A stretch of 64,000 nt of DNA from Clostridiales bacterium (GTDB lineage: Bacteria; Bacillota; Clostridia; Oscillospirales; Oscillospiraceae): contig JAAYMC010000024.1 of the NCBI GenBank assembly GCA_012521555.1, positions 1,437-65,436 of the forward strand, in the 5' to 3' direction. The position numbers and the translations under genes were made by a program. Below are positions 21,103 to 32,249 of this stretch, one piece after another (position 1 is the stretch's first letter; each line of letters starts with the position of its first letter). The notes under the pieces are model-generated. The model was not told the origin of the DNA. It was given only the letters and a program-made list of their open reading frames with translations, and did not search any database.

Positions 21103-21531
21103 TTAGCGTTTCCTGACGTTTGACGAAATTTCGGCCAGCGCTTTCGACGCCTCCATGGTAAACTGGTGCGTCTTTGCCATATCGCCGAGGGCGAGCATCC
21201 CGACGAGCCTGCCGCCCTCCACGACGGGCAGGCGGCGCACCTGCGCCTGCGCCATGCGCTCGGCCGCCTCCTCGACGGTGTCGTTCGGCGAGATGGTGAC
21301 GAGCGAGCGGGACATAATCTCGCCGACGGTCGTGCGGTCGGGGTCGTTATCGGTGGCGACGCAGCGCAGCGTGATGTCCCGGTCGGTCAGGATGCCGCGC
21401 AGGCGGCCGTCCGCCGTGCAGACGGGGATGGCGCCGATGTTGTGGCGGTAGAGCAGCCGAGCGGCGACGGACACCGGCTCGTCCGGCGAGACGGTGACGA
21501 CGGCGTCGGTCATGAGATCCGAAACGTTCAT
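21103..21531 (-). CDS. CBS-domain pair protein
   Basis: Two CBS repeats (IGAIPV...GILTDRDI; VRRLPVVE...VGMLALGD). Confidence 0.88.
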   Translation of the reverse strand: MNVSDLMTDAVVTVSPDEPVSVAARLLYRHNIGAIPVCTADGRLRGILTDRDITLRCVATDNDPDRTTVGEIMSRSLVTISPNDTVEEAAERMAQAQVRRLPVVEGGRLVGMLALGDMAKTHQFTMEASKALAEISSNVRKR

Positions 21532-21686
21532 ACAGTACCTCCTCCATTACGCTTCAAGCAGCGTGTTATAAAGGCATTATTTCCCGCTTCGCCATACAGT
21601 ATACAAAGGGGAGGCGCGTTGAACGTTTACAGCCCCAAAGTGGTTATGATAGGATAGGGTAAGCAGATTTTTCCTGTGGAGGAAGT

Positions 21687-22187
21687 ATGGAACACGAAGC
21701 GAGAATGCGTCTGGCTTTAGAGGAGGCGCGCCGCGCCGCCGAAGAAGGGGAAGTGCCCGTCGGCTGCGTGATTGTGGACGCTCAAGGGCGCGTCATCGGC
21801 CGCGGGCGCAACCGGCGCGAGCAGAAAAAAAGCGCGCTTGCGCACGCTGAAATAGAAGCCATCGAACAGGCGTGCCGCGCCCTCAATGACTGGCGGCTGA
21901 CCGGCTGCTTTATGTATGTCACGCTCGAGCCGTGCCCGATGTGCGCCGGCGCGGCGATCAACGCCCGCCTCGCGCGCATCTACTACGGCGCCCGCGAGGA
22001 GCACAGCGGCGCCTGCGGCAGCGTGTTTAATATGTTCGTGGAAAACCTGCCGAACAAGCCGCAGATTTTCGGCGGGATTTTAGAGGCCGAGTGCGCCGCG
22101 CTGCTCTCGGAATTTTTCCAGGGGCTGCGGCGGAAGGGTCAGACCGGCAGCGGCCTGCCTGACCCGTCAAACAGCGGCAGCTCGTGA
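21687..22187 (+). CDS. tadA: tRNA adenosine(34) deaminase
   Basis: GEVPVGCVIV, AHAE, TLEPCPMCAGA. Confidence 0.9.
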   Translation: MEHEARMRLALEEARRAAEEGEVPVGCVIVDAQGRVIGRGRNRREQKKSALAHAEIEAIEQACRALNDWRLTGCFMYVTLEPCPMCAGAAINARLARIYYGAREEHSGACGSVFNMFVENLPNKPQIFGGILEAECAALLSEFFQGLRRKGQTGSGLPDPSNSGSS

Positions 22188-22696
22188 AGGTAGAGGATGT
22201 CCTTCCTCTTGACCGCATCGCCCTCGGCCAAAACGGCCATGCGCCCCATGACAATGCCGCCGGCTTTCGTCACCAGCGCCTCCACGGCCGCAAGGGACTG
22301 GCCCGTGGAGATGACGTCGTCGACGATGACGATTTTCCGCCCCCTCATCTTTTCCGCGTCGGCGCCGTCTATGTAAAGGCGCTGCGCCGCGGCGGTGGTG
22401 ATGGAGCGCACCTCCGCCTCGAAGACGTCCCGCATGTAGAGCTTTTTGGCCTTGCGGGCGACGATGTACGTGTTGCGCCCGCTCTGACGGGCCATTTCGT
22501 GGATAATCGGGATGGCCTTGGCCTCCGGCGCGATGAGATAGTCGAACTCCGGCGCGATTTTCAGAAGCTCCCGCGCGCACGCGCAGGTGAGCTCCACGTC
22601 GCCGAAGGGGTTAAACGCCGCGATCATGAGGTTGTCCCCGATGGGGCACAGGGGAAGGGCGCGGCGGCACCCGGCAATCGTCATTTCATAGACCAT
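22139..22696 (-). CDS. adenine phosphoribosyltransferase-like PRTase
   Basis: PRPP-binding IVIVDDVISTGQS, APEAKAIP, VARK. Confidence 0.8.
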   Translation of the reverse strand: MVYEMTIAGCRRALPLCPIGDNLMIAAFNPFGDVELTCACARELLKIAPEFDYLIAPEAKAIPIIHEMARQSGRNTYIVARKAKKLYMRDVFEAEVRSITTAAAQRLYIDGADAEKMRGRKIVIVDDVISTGQSLAAVEALVTKAGGIVMGRMAVLAEGDAVKRKDILYLHELPLFDGSGRPLPV

Positions 22697-22738
22697 GCTA
22701 TCGCTCCTTCCTACTAAGGCGGCTATAAGCCGCCTTTT

Positions 22739-24001
22739 TTACTCGGCCATGAGCTCCTGGAGGCGGCTTTTGTAGTATTCCGCCGACTCCGTTTTGCCGA
22801 CGGCCGAAAACGATACCTGCGAGAAATCGAACGTCCGCTGGGCCAGCGCGTAGATGCGCTCGGACGTGACGGCGTCGTACGCGGCGATGATTTCGTCCGG
22901 CTCCATCACGCGCCCGAAGTACAGCTCGCCCCGCCCGAGGCGGTTCATGCGCGTGTTCGTGGACTCCAGGCCCATCAGGACGTTGGCCTTGACCTGCTCG
23001 CGCGCGCGGCGCAGCTCTTCGTCCGTCACGCCGTACGCCTTCATCTTTTTGATTTCCTCGACGATGAGCGCGAGCGCTTCGTTTTCCGTCTCGCGGCCGA
23101 GCGCCGTGTAGACGCACAAGAGTCCCGTGTCGATGTAGCTTGAGCCGTAGGAGTAGACCGAGTAACACAGCCCCCGCTCCTCGCGGACGGTCTGGAACAG
23201 GCGGGAGCTCATCCCGCCGCCGAGGATGTCCGAGAGAAGCTGCAGGGTAAAGCGCTCCGGATCCGTGACGCGCACGCCGGGGAAGGCCAGCTTCAGATGG
23301 TTTTGCTCGAAGGCCTTGCGCCGGACCGTAAAGGACGGGGTGTACTTTGCCGGCGTAAACGTGCTTTTCTCGCCCGGCTCGGCGGCGGCAAACAGCCGGC
23401 ACAGCGCGTCGACCTCCGAAGCGGGGTAGCTGCCCGAAAGCGCCACGACGATGCGCTCGGCGCCGTACTGCGCCTTCATGTACGCCTTGAGGGACTGGCC
23501 CGTCATGCGCTCAAGGGTTGATTTTTTCCCGAGGATGGGGCGGGCGAGAGGGGTGCCGCGGAAGACGGCGGCGGAAAGGCACTCGGAGACGAGGTCTTCC
23601 GGCGTGTCGCGGTACATGTCGATTTCCTCAAGGATGACGCCGCGCTCGTTTGCCACGTCCGACTCGTCGAAGCGCGCGTTGAAGAACATGTCGCACAGCA
23701 CGTCGCGCATTTCCGGAAGGTGCAGGTCAAGGGAGCGGCCGTGAAAGCAGGTGCACTCCTTCGTGGTGAAGGCGTTGATCTGGCCGCCGATGCCGTCCAT
23801 CATCCGCGCAAGCTCCGCGGCCGAGCGGGTGGTAGTGCCCTTGAACACGAGGTGCTCGATGAAGTGGGACGCGCCGTTCATGGCGGCGCTTTCGTACCGC
23901 GAGCCGGTGCCGACCCACAGCCCGAGCGAGCAGGAGCGCACGTGCGGGATGTGCTCGTGGAGGATACGCACCCCGTTGGGGAGCGTTATTTTTTCATACA
24001 A
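22739..24001 (-). CDS. M16 family peptidase (MlpA-like)
   Basis: GASHFIEHLVFKGT (HxxEH), INAFTTKECT, GGGMSSRLFQTVREERGLCYSVYS. TTG start after GAGGTG. Confidence 0.92.
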   Translation of the reverse strand: MYEKITLPNGVRILHEHIPHVRSCSLGLWVGTGSRYESAAMNGASHFIEHLVFKGTTTRSAAELARMMDGIGGQINAFTTKECTCFHGRSLDLHLPEMRDVLCDMFFNARFDESDVANERGVILEEIDMYRDTPEDLVSECLSAAVFRGTPLARPILGKKSTLERMTGQSLKAYMKAQYGAERIVVALSGSYPASEVDALCRLFAAAEPGEKSTFTPAKYTPSFTVRRKAFEQNHLKLAFPGVRVTDPERFTLQLLSDILGGGMSSRLFQTVREERGLCYSVYSYGSSYIDTGLLCVYTALGRETENEALALIVEEIKKMKAYGVTDEELRRAREQVKANVLMGLESTNTRMNRLGRGELYFGRVMEPDEIIAAYDAVTSERIYALAQRTFDFSQVSFSAVGKTESAEYYKSRLQELMAE

Positions 24002-24079
24002 ACAAATCACCTCAAAGAAAGCAGGCAAGGCGGGCGCCCTGCCTGCTCATTCGCTTTTGTGGACTGCCGACGGCAGGAT

Positions 24080-26266
24080 TTACTTGCCGCGCCCCTTCTT
24101 CGGCTGAGGCTGTGGCTGGGGCTGAGGCTTATGTGTCTGAGTCTGGCCCTGAAGCTCACGCAGCGCGTCGCGCCGGGAGAGGTTGACGCGGCCTTTTTCG
24201 TCGATGTCAGTGACCTTGACCCACGTCATGTCGCCTTCCTTGAGAACGTCCTCGACCTTCTCGACGCGGCGGTTTTCAAGCTTGGAGATGTGGATCATGC
24301 CGTCCTTGCCGGGGGCCAGCTCGACGAAGGCGCCGATGGGAATCGTGCGCACGACTTTGCCGTAATAGAGCTTGCCGACTTCCGGCTCGAAGATGATGTT
24401 CTCGATGGCTTGCTGCGCGGCGCGGCAGGCCTCGATGTCGGAGCTGGCGATGAAGACGCTGCCGTCGTCCTCGATGTCGATTTTGCAGCCCGTGTCGGCC
24501 ACAATCCTCTGGATGACCTTGCCGCCCGTGCCGATGACTTCGCGGATTTTGTCCGGGTGAATCTTCATGGTGATGATCTTCGGCGCGGTGGGGGCCAGTT
24601 CCTTCCGCGGCGCGGGGATGACGGGGAGCATGCACTTGTCGAGGATTTCAATGCGCGCCTCCCGCGTTATTTCAAGGGCGTTCTTGATGATCTCGTACGT
24701 CAGGCCGTCGTTTTTTAGGTCCATCTGGATGGCGGTGATGCCCTTCTTCGTGCCACCGACCTTGAAGTCCATTTCGCCGTGGAAGTCCTCGACGCCCTGG
24801 ATGTCGATGAAGGTGGTCCACTTGTCGCCCTCGGTAATCAGGCCGCAGGAGATGCCGGCGACGGGGGCCTTAATCGGCACGCCGGCGTCCATGAGCGCGA
24901 GCGTGGAGCCGCAGATGGAGCCCTGCGACGTCGAGCCGTTGGAGGAGAGGACCTCCGAGACGATGCGGATGGTGTAGGGGAACTCCTCCATGGAGGGCAG
25001 CACCGGCTCGATGGCCTTTTCCGCGAGGGCGCCGTGCCCGTATTCGCGTCGGGAGGGCGAGCGGCTCGGCCGCGCCTCGCCGACGGAGAAGGCGGGGAAG
25101 TTGTAGTGGTGCATGAAGCGCTTGCTCTCTTCCTCGAAGATTGTGTCAAGCCGCTGCGCGTCCGACACGGTGCCGAGGGTGACGATGGAGAGGACCTGCG
25201 TCTGGCCGCGCGTGAACAGGCCGGAGCCGTGGACGCGCGGGACGACGCCGACTTCGCAGGAGATCGGGCGGATTTCGTTCATGCGGCGCCCGTCGACGCG
25301 CTTGCCCTGAAGCAGCCACTCCTTGACCACGATTTTCTGAATCCGGTAGATGATTTCGTTGAGCTGCTCGTTGATTTCGGGGTATTCCTCGCCGTACTGC
25401 TCGAGCCATTTGTCCACGATGGCGTTCATGCGCTCCTCGCGGACGTTCTTGTCGTCCGTGTCCATGGCGTAGCGGACGTCGTCGAGGTAGCCTTCCACGA
25501 GCTTATTGAACAGTTCTTCGTTGAAGGGCGCCTTTTCGTACTCAAACTTCGGCTTGCCGACTTCGGCCACCATCTGGTTAATGAGCTGGATGATGGGCTT
25601 GATGGCCTCGTGGGCGTAGATGATGCCACCCAGCATCACATCCTCGGGGATTTCCTTGCCGCCGGCTTCAATCATGACGATTTTCTCCATCGTCGCGGCG
25701 ATGGTGCAGTACATTTCGCTCGTCTTGCGCTCTTCGGACGTGGGGTTGATGATATACTTGCCGTCCTTAAGGCCCAAAGCGACGGCGCCGATGGGGCCGG
25801 CCTTCGGGGAGAAGGGGATGTCCGAAATGCTCACGGCGGCCGACGCGCCGATCATCGCGGCGATTTCGGGGGAGTTGTCGTAGTCGTTGGACAGGACAGT
25901 GCAGGTGATGACCACGTCGTTGCGCAGGTCGCTGGGGAAGAGCGGGCGCATCGGGCGGTCGATCATGCGCGCGGCGAGGATGCCGCGCTCGGACGGACGG
26001 CCTTCGCGGCGGAGATACCCGCCGGGGATGCGGCCGACGGCGTAGATTTTTTCCTCAAAGTCGACGGACAGCGGGAAATAGTCGATGCCGGCCTTGGGGC
26101 GGGGCGACGCCGTCGCCGTGACGAGGACGGTCGTCTCGCCGTAGCGGACTAAGACGGAGCCGTTGGCCAGTTCCGCGAGTTTGCCGACTTCCAGCGTAAG
26201 CGGGCGGCCGGCGAGCGTCATGGAATAGACTTTGTGGTTCGGGAATTCTCTCTTGCTGATAATCAC
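24080..26266 (-). CDS. pnp: polyribonucleotide nucleotidyltransferase
   Basis: FPLSVDFEEK, HGSGLFTRGQTQ, SNGSTSQGS, KH and S1 domains. GTG start inferred from the AAGGAG RBS. Confidence 0.96.
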   Translation of the reverse strand: MIISKREFPNHKVYSMTLAGRPLTLEVGKLAELANGSVLVRYGETTVLVTATASPRPKAGIDYFPLSVDFEEKIYAVGRIPGGYLRREGRPSERGILAARMIDRPMRPLFPSDLRNDVVITCTVLSNDYDNSPEIAAMIGASAAVSISDIPFSPKAGPIGAVALGLKDGKYIINPTSEERKTSEMYCTIAATMEKIVMIEAGGKEIPEDVMLGGIIYAHEAIKPIIQLINQMVAEVGKPKFEYEKAPFNEELFNKLVEGYLDDVRYAMDTDDKNVREERMNAIVDKWLEQYGEEYPEINEQLNEIIYRIQKIVVKEWLLQGKRVDGRRMNEIRPISCEVGVVPRVHGSGLFTRGQTQVLSIVTLGTVSDAQRLDTIFEEESKRFMHHYNFPAFSVGEARPSRSPSRREYGHGALAEKAIEPVLPSMEEFPYTIRIVSEVLSSNGSTSQGSICGSTLALMDAGVPIKAPVAGISCGLITEGDKWTTFIDIQGVEDFHGEMDFKVGGTKKGITAIQMDLKNDGLTYEIIKNALEITREARIEILDKCMLPVIPAPRKELAPTAPKIITMKIHPDKIREVIGTGGKVIQRIVADTGCKIDIEDDGSVFIASSDIEACRAAQQAIENIIFEPEVGKLYYGKVVRTIPIGAFVELAPGKDGMIHISKLENRRVEKVEDVLKEGDMTWVKVTDIDEKGRVNLSRRDALRELQGQTQTHKPQPQPQPQPKKGRGK

Positions 26267-26440
26267 TTTTAATGGATGCTCCTTTCTACAAAAACGGCGT
26301 TCGTCTTGTATGAGGAGCGGCAATCCCTTAGCATTTGAAAATACACCCGAAGGAGCGTTCGGATCCATTTTCAACTGCTACGAAACTGCTACTCCACATA
26401 TACAGGACGAACGGTTTGCCCAAACATAGTATAGCGTAAG

Positions 26441-26480
26441 AGGGCTGATCTGATACGCATAACACGCACAGATCAGCCCC
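26441..26480 (-). terminator. hairpin after rpsO, probable terminator
   Basis: GGGCTGATCTG...CAGATCAGCCC inverted repeat 12 nt after the rpsO stop. Confidence 0.6.
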
Positions 26481-26491
26481 GTTTGGCAACT

Positions 26492-26758
26492 TTATTTTCT
26501 GATGCCGAGCTTTTGGATACAGGCTCTGTAGCGCTCGATGTCTTTTTTAGCGAGGTAGTCGAGCAGGTTGCGGCGGCGGCCGATCAGCTTGTACATACCG
26601 AGTCGGCTGTGATTGTCCTTCTTGTGGACGCGGAGGTGTTCCGTCAGCTGGTTGATGCGCTCGGTCAGAATGGCGATTTGCACTTCCGGCGAGCCGGTGT
26701 CTGTTTCATGCTGGCGGAATGCCTCGATAACGGCGGATTTTTGTTCCTTGGTGATCAT
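26492..26758 (-). CDS. rpsO: 30S ribosomal protein S15
   Basis: [16 protein letters not shown]...[14 protein letters not shown]...LGIRK. Confidence 0.97.
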   Translation of the reverse strand: MITKEQKSAVIEAFRQHETDTGSPEVQIAILTERINQLTEHLRVHKKDNHSRLGMYKLIGRRRNLLDYLAKKDIERYRACIQKLGIRK

Positions 26759-26900
26759 GCTAGGTTCCTTTCTTTGATGAGATTTCCTCGGGCTGAGTAA
26801 CGGGCGGAAAGGCACCGGAGAAAACCGGCTGTATCCCGAAACTAAGACCCGGGATTTACAAAAGCGATTGTATTCTAACACACCGCTTGCCGCTTGTAAA
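26759..26900 (-). promoter_or_regulatory. rpsO promoter and probable S15 autoregulatory leader
   Basis: TTTACA-N17-TAGAAT (26900-26872) and a ~105-nt leader with an ATCCCG/CGGGAT stem. Leader function inferred from known rpsO autoregulation, not from a motif match. Confidence 0.5.
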
Positions 26901-26914
26901 GCATTATTTCCAGA

Positions 26915-28780
26915 TTATGCTTTTCCCAAATAAATCATCAGAGCCGCGATATCGGCGGGGGAGACGCCGGAGATGCGCGAGGCCTGTCCCAGATTCAGCG
27001 GGCGGATGCGCGAGAGTTTCTGCCGCGCCTCGATGCGCAGCCCCGGCAGGGTGTTGTAGTCGATGTCCGGCGGCAGCGGGACGTTTTCCATCCGCCGCAG
27101 CTCCTCGATCTGGCGCGCCTGCCTTTTGAGGTACCCCTCGTACTTGATCATGATTTCGACCTCCTCGCACACGGCGCGGGGAAGCTCCGGGCGGGCGGCG
27201 TCGAACGGGGCAAGGCTGAAGTAATCGAGCTCCGGGCGGCGCAGCAACGAGGCGAGGCTCACGCCGGACGCGGGCGCCGCCGTGCCGCGCGCCGTGAGGA
27301 AAGCGGCAAGCTCCGGCGAAGGCGCGATGAACGTCTTTTCAAGGCGCCTGACTTCCCGCTCGACGGCCTCGTATTTTTCCACGACGCGCCGGTACTGCTC
27401 CTCGGAGACGAGCCCGATGCGCCGGCCGATGTGCGCGAGGCGGAAGTCGGCGTTGTCCTGCCTGTGCAGCAGGCGGTATTCCGAGCGGGACGTCATCATG
27501 CGGTACGGCTCTTCCGTGCCTTTCGTCACGAGGTCGTCGATGAGCGTGCCGATATAGCCGTCGTCGCGCCGCAAAATCATCGGCTCGCGGCCAAGGATTT
27601 TCAGCGCCGCGTTGACGCCGGCGACAAACCCCTGGACGGCCGCCTCCTCGTAGCCGGAAGTGCCGTTAAACTGCCCTGCGCCGTAAAGCCCCTTGATTTT
27701 CTTCGTCTCAAGGGTGGGCAGCAGCTCGAGGGGGTCGATGCAGTCGTACTCGATGGCGTAGCCGCAGCGCATCATCTCCGCGTGCTCAAGGCCGGGAATG
27801 GTGCGCATCATCTGAAGCTGTACGTCCTCCGGCAGGCTGGAGGAAAATCCCTGCACGTACACCTCGTCCGTCCCGAGCCCCATCGGCTCGATGAACAGCT
27901 GGTGGCGCTTTTTATCGGCGAAGCGGACGACCTTGTCCTCGATGGACGGGCAGTACCGCGGGCCGACGCCTTCGATGACGCCCGAGTAGAGCGGGCTGCG
28001 GTGGAGGTTTTCGCGTATAATTCTGTGCGTCTCCTCGGTCGTATATGTGAGGTAGCAGACGGCTTTGTTTACCGGCTTTTCCGTCGTCTGGAAAGAGAAG
28101 GGGACGGGGTCGTCGTCCCCGGGCTGGACTTCCATTTTCGAGTAATCGATGGTGCGGCCGTTCAGGCGCATCGGCGTGCCCGTCTTAAAGCGGCGCAGGG
28201 AGAGCCCCATATCGCGCAGCCGCTGGCCAAGCGGCACGGAGGCGAACATCCCGTCCGGCCCGCCTTCGCGGATGACGTCGCCGATGATGGTGCGGCCTCT
28301 TAAGTACGTGCCGGAGCAGACGACGGCGGCCCTGACCTTAAAGACCGCGCCCGTGTGCGTCACAACGGCGGAGACGGCGCCGTTTTCCGTCTCGATATCG
28401 ACGACTTCCGCCTGGCGCAGGGTGAGGTTTTCCTGGCGCTCAAGCGTGTTTTTCATGATTTTCTGGTATTCGCGCCGGTCGGCCTGCGCCCGAAGGGAGT
28501 GGACGGCCGGCCCCTTGCCGCGGTTGAGCATGCGGAACTGGATGCACGCCTTGTCCGCCGCTTTTGCCATTTCGCCGCCGAGGGCGTCAAGCTCCCGGAC
28601 GAGATGGCCCTTCGCGGTGCCTCCGATAGAGGGGTTGCACGGCATGTTGCCGACGGCGTCAAGATTGAGCGTAAAACAGATTGTTTTCAGGCCGAGCCGC
28701 GCGCAGGCGAGCGCCGCCTCGATGCCGGCGTGGCCGGCGCCGATGACGGCGACGTCGTATTCTCCCGCAAAGTAGCGCAT
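26915..28780 (-). CDS. mnmG: tRNA uridine-5-carboxymethylaminomethyl synthesis enzyme MnmG
   Basis: [44 protein letters not shown]. Confidence 0.97.
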   Translation of the reverse strand: MRYFAGEYDVAVIGAGHAGIEAALACARLGLKTICFTLNLDAVGNMPCNPSIGGTAKGHLVRELDALGGEMAKAADKACIQFRMLNRGKGPAVHSLRAQADRREYQKIMKNTLERQENLTLRQAEVVDIETENGAVSAVVTHTGAVFKVRAAVVCSGTYLRGRTIIGDVIREGGPDGMFASVPLGQRLRDMGLSLRRFKTGTPMRLNGRTIDYSKMEVQPGDDDPVPFSFQTTEKPVNKAVCYLTYTTEETHRIIRENLHRSPLYSGVIEGVGPRYCPSIEDKVVRFADKKRHQLFIEPMGLGTDEVYVQGFSSSLPEDVQLQMMRTIPGLEHAEMMRCGYAIEYDCIDPLELLPTLETKKIKGLYGAGQFNGTSGYEEAAVQGFVAGVNAALKILGREPMILRRDDGYIGTLIDDLVTKGTEEPYRMMTSRSEYRLLHRQDNADFRLAHIGRRIGLVSEEQYRRVVEKYEAVEREVRRLEKTFIAPSPELAAFLTARGTAAPASGVSLASLLRRPELDYFSLAPFDAARPELPRAVCEEVEIMIKYEGYLKRQARQIEELRRMENVPLPPDIDYNTLPGLRIEARQKLSRIRPLNLGQASRISGVSPADIAALMIYLGKA

Positions 28781-28911
28781 TGTCGCCCGCCTCCTTTGGT
28801 GCAAAGCAATAAGGCCGAATGGTATCGTCCCAAACGGTAACAATACATTTTACGAAAAAGGAAAATAAAATGCAAGACGCAGGAAATGGTCGGATTTGGG
28901 AGTTACGGCAA

Positions 28912-28939
28912 TTGACAAGGTATGTGGAAAGGGTATAAT
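28912..28939 (+). promoter_or_regulatory. sigmaA promoter for glyQS
   Basis: TTGACA, 16-nt spacer, TATAAT. Confidence 0.65.
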
Positions 28940-29011
28940 AAGTAAATATGTATCCTGCACAAAACACACAGTATCCTGTAGGTGTTTTCGCTGCAGATGT
29001 GGGAGGAAAAC

Positions 29012-30415
29012 ATGCTGAAAAATACAGAAAAAACGATGGACAAAATTGTCGCTCTCTGCAAGGGGCGCGGTTTTGTGTACGCCGGCAGCGAAATTTACGG
29101 CGGTCTCGCCAATACGTGGGACTACGGCCCGCTCGGCGTGGAACTGAAAAATAACGTTAAACGCGCGTGGTGGAAGAAATTCGTCCAGGAAAGCCCGTAC
29201 AACGTCGGGCTGGACGCCGCCATTCTGATGAACCCGCAGGTGTGGGTTGCCTCGGGACACGTCGCGACGTTCAACGACCCGCTCATCGACTGCAAATCCT
29301 GCAAAACGCGCCACCGGGCCGACAAGCTTGTCGAAGAATGGAACAAGCAAAACGGCGTGGAAGGCGTCGTCGTCGAGAAGATGGGCAACGACGAGCTGAT
29401 CCAGTACATCCGCGAGAAGGGCGTCTCCTGCCCGAACTGCGGCGCGAAGGACTTTACGGACATCCGCAAGTTCAACCTCATGTTCAAGACGTTCCAGGGT
29501 GTGACGGAGGACTCCGCTTCGCTCATCTACCTCCGCCCCGAGACGGCGCAGGGCATCTTCGTCAACTTCAAGAACATCCTGCGCACGACGCGCAGGAAGA
29601 TCCCCTTCGGCGTGTGCCAGATCGGCAAGTCCTTCCGCAACGAGATTACGCCCGGCAACTTCACGTTCCGCACGCGCGAGTTCGAGCAGATGGAGCTGGA
29701 GTTCTTCTGCAAGCCGGGCACGGACCTCGAGTGGTTTGACTACTGGCGCGACTTCTGCCACAAGTGGCTCCTGAGCCTCGGCATGAAGGACGAGAACATC
29801 CGCCTGCGCGACCATGAAAAGGAAGAGCTCTCGCACTACTCCAAGGCCACGACGGACTTTGAGTTCCTCTTCCCGTTCGGCTGGGGCGAGCTGTGGGGCG
29901 TCGCGGACAGGACGGACTTTGACCTCAGCTCTCACCAGAAGGTGTCCGGCGAGAGCATGGAGTACTTCGACCAGGAGACGAACGAGAGGTATATCCCGTA
30001 CGTCATCGAGCCGTCCCTCGGCGTCGACCGCGTGACGCTGGCGTTCCTCATCGACGCCTACGACGAGGAAGTCCTCGACGCGGAGAAAAACGACGTGCGC
30101 GTCGTCCTGCACCTGCACCCGGTGCTCGCGCCGTTTAAGTGCGCGGTGCTGCCGCTTTCCAAGAAACTCTCCCCGCAGGCGGAGGCCATTTACATGCGCC
30201 TGAAGAAGCGCTTTAACGTCGACTTCGACGACAGCGGCTCCATCGGCAAGCGCTACCGCCGCCAGGACGAAATCGGCACGCCCGTGTGCGTGACGTACGA
30301 CTTTGAGTCCGAACAGGACGGCTGCGTCACCGTGCGCGACCGCGATACGATGAAGCAGGAGCGCATTAAGATTGACGCCATCGAGGCGTATCTTGAGGAG
30401 ATGCTTCAGTTCTAA
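29012..30415 (+). CDS. glyQS: glycine--tRNA ligase (alpha2 type)
   Basis: [48 protein letters not shown]. Confidence 0.96.
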   Translation: MLKNTEKTMDKIVALCKGRGFVYAGSEIYGGLANTWDYGPLGVELKNNVKRAWWKKFVQESPYNVGLDAAILMNPQVWVASGHVATFNDPLIDCKSCKTRHRADKLVEEWNKQNGVEGVVVEKMGNDELIQYIREKGVSCPNCGAKDFTDIRKFNLMFKTFQGVTEDSASLIYLRPETAQGIFVNFKNILRTTRRKIPFGVCQIGKSFRNEITPGNFTFRTREFEQMELEFFCKPGTDLEWFDYWRDFCHKWLLSLGMKDENIRLRDHEKEELSHYSKATTDFEFLFPFGWGELWGVADRTDFDLSSHQKVSGESMEYFDQETNERYIPYVIEPSLGVDRVTLAFLIDAYDEEVLDAEKNDVRVVLHLHPVLAPFKCAVLPLSKKLSPQAEAIYMRLKKRFNVDFDDSGSIGKRYRRQDEIGTPVCVTYDFESEQDGCVTVRDRDTMKQERIKIDAIEAYLEEMLQF

Positions 30416-32241
30416 TGGAACAGGTGGAACAGGAATCAAAAAGCAGCTGCAGCAAGCTTAAGAGCTTTCAGCGCAAGGTCGCGGAGAAACCCGCGCTTAC
30501 CATAATCGGCCTCTTTATACTGTCGTTGGGGACAGGTTTTGTCACGCTCCTGCTCGGCGCGTCGTATTTCGGGCTGCCGATGTTCTGGGCGTATTTCAAC
30601 CAGCCGCTGCTTGTCGTCCTCAACGTGCTGCCCGCCGTACTCATCGCATTTCTGCTTTACGCGGCAGTCGGCCGCGCGTGGATTGCCTTTTTTGGCACGT
30701 CTTTAGTCATGGAACTGCTCGCCCTTGTGAGCTTCTTTAAGTGCCAGCTGCGCGGGGACCCGCTCATCCCCACCGATTTCCTGCTCACGGGGGAGGCGCT
30801 CAAGTTCCTCCCGAACTACACGCTCAACTTTAACTGGAAGGTATGGGTGGCCGTCTTTTATCTCATCGCCGCGACGGTTTTCGCCTTTTACTTCCTGCGG
30901 TACAGGCCGCGCCCCGCTTTCCGCGGCGGCGTGGGCGCCGCCATGGCTGTCTTTAGCGTCGTCCTCTACATGACGGCGTACACGGACGCCGACCTTTACA
31001 ACTCCATGGAAATCATGGAAGGCGTGAACAAGTGGTCCAACGCCGAGATGATGATCGCGCGCGGATTTACATATCCGTTCATCTACCACTTCGTCGACGA
31101 GGAGACGCGCGACTTCGAGCCCGGCTGGCGCGACAAGGCCGCCGAGACGCTTGCGTCTTACGAGGACGGCGTCATTCCCGAGGACAAGAAAGTCAACGTC
31201 GTGGCCATCATGCTCGAGTCGTTTGCAGACCTGACGGAGTTTGACGCCATCGACTTCACCGAGGACGTCTTCGCCCCGTGGCACGCGCTGCAGCAGGAGT
31301 CCGTCTACGGCAGTCTCATCGTCAGCACGTTCGGCGGCAACACCATCGACACCGAGCGCAAGTTCATGACGGGCTTCGTCCACCTCAAGGACTTCCAGCA
31401 CCCGACGAACAGCTACGTGCGCTTCTTCAAGGAGCAGGGGTACTACGCGGAAGGGTACCACGCCGGCAACAACTGGTATTATGACCGCCAGACGGTGCAC
31501 GCAAATCTCGGGTTTGACAGCTACTACTTCCTCGAAGACTACGAGGGCTCCGACAGGACCGACGAGTTTTTCTTCAAGACCATCAAGGAGCTCTACTCCA
31601 GGCGCGACAAATCCACCCCGTACTTCATGTACAACTTAACGTACGAAAACCACGGCCCGTATCCCACGGATTACACGGGCGAAAAAGCGTATTTAAGACG
31701 CGGAAATCTCTCTGACGAGGGGTATAATATCCTCAACAACTATCTGACCGGCGTCGCCGGCACGGCGCAGAAGGTGTACGAGTTCATCGACTGGCTGCGC
31801 AGCGACGAGGAGCCCGTCGTCGTCGTGCTCTTCGGCGACCACAAGCCGTGGCTCGGCAACGGGTGCAGCGTCTACCACGAGCTGGGCGTGAACATCGACA
31901 CGTCCACGCCGGAAGGGTTTTACAACTTCTACTCCACGCCCTATATCATCTGGGCCAACGACGCGGCGAAAGAGGTGCTCGGCCGCGACTTTACCGGTTA
32001 CGGCGGGGTCATCTCCCCGAACTTCCTCATGAACAAGCTTTTCGAGGAATGTGGGTGGACGGGAAACGCGTGGATGCAGATTTCCGACAACTTCCGCAAA
32101 AATGTGGACGTCATCAGCTCCGCGGCCGTGTACTTCAGGGAAAACGGGGAGTATACGGCGGAGCTGTCCGAGGAGTCGAAAAACGCGTACAGGGAGTTTC
32201 GGCAGATAGAGTATTACTGGCAGCTAAATTTTAAAGGATGA
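30415..32241 (+). CDS. LTA synthase family / alkaline-phosphatase-superfamily membrane protein
   Basis: Five N-terminal TM helices, IMLESF, FGGNTIDTE, TYENHGPY, LFGDHKP. Start overlaps the glyQS stop (TAATG). Confidence 0.85.
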   Translation: MEQVEQESKSSCSKLKSFQRKVAEKPALTIIGLFILSLGTGFVTLLLGASYFGLPMFWAYFNQPLLVVLNVLPAVLIAFLLYAAVGRAWIAFFGTSLVMELLALVSFFKCQLRGDPLIPTDFLLTGEALKFLPNYTLNFNWKVWVAVFYLIAATVFAFYFLRYRPRPAFRGGVGAAMAVFSVVLYMTAYTDADLYNSMEIMEGVNKWSNAEMMIARGFTYPFIYHFVDEETRDFEPGWRDKAAETLASYEDGVIPEDKKVNVVAIMLESFADLTEFDAIDFTEDVFAPWHALQQESVYGSLIVSTFGGNTIDTERKFMTGFVHLKDFQHPTNSYVRFFKEQGYYAEGYHAGNNWYYDRQTVHANLGFDSYYFLEDYEGSDRTDEFFFKTIKELYSRRDKSTPYFMYNLTYENHGPYPTDYTGEKAYLRRGNLSDEGYNILNNYLTGVAGTAQKVYEFIDWLRSDEEPVVVVLFGDHKPWLGNGCSVYHELGVNIDTSTPEGFYNFYSTPYIIWANDAAKEVLGRDFTGYGGVISPNFLMNKLFEECGWTGNAWMQISDNFRKNVDVISSAAVYFRENGEYTAELSEESKNAYREFRQIEYYWQLNFKG

Positions 32242-32249
32242 GGTGCAGT

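Noticed and set aside
21607-21657. Mini-ORF (TTG...TAG, 12 codons) after AAGGGGAGG upstream of tadA
   Set aside because: RBS spacing is short, the peptide has no features, and the segment overlaps likely promoter sequence.
22139-22187. 49-nt tail-to-tail overlap of tadA and the PRTase as antisense control
   Set aside because: Short convergent overlaps are common, and the TadA tail here is a non-conserved extension.
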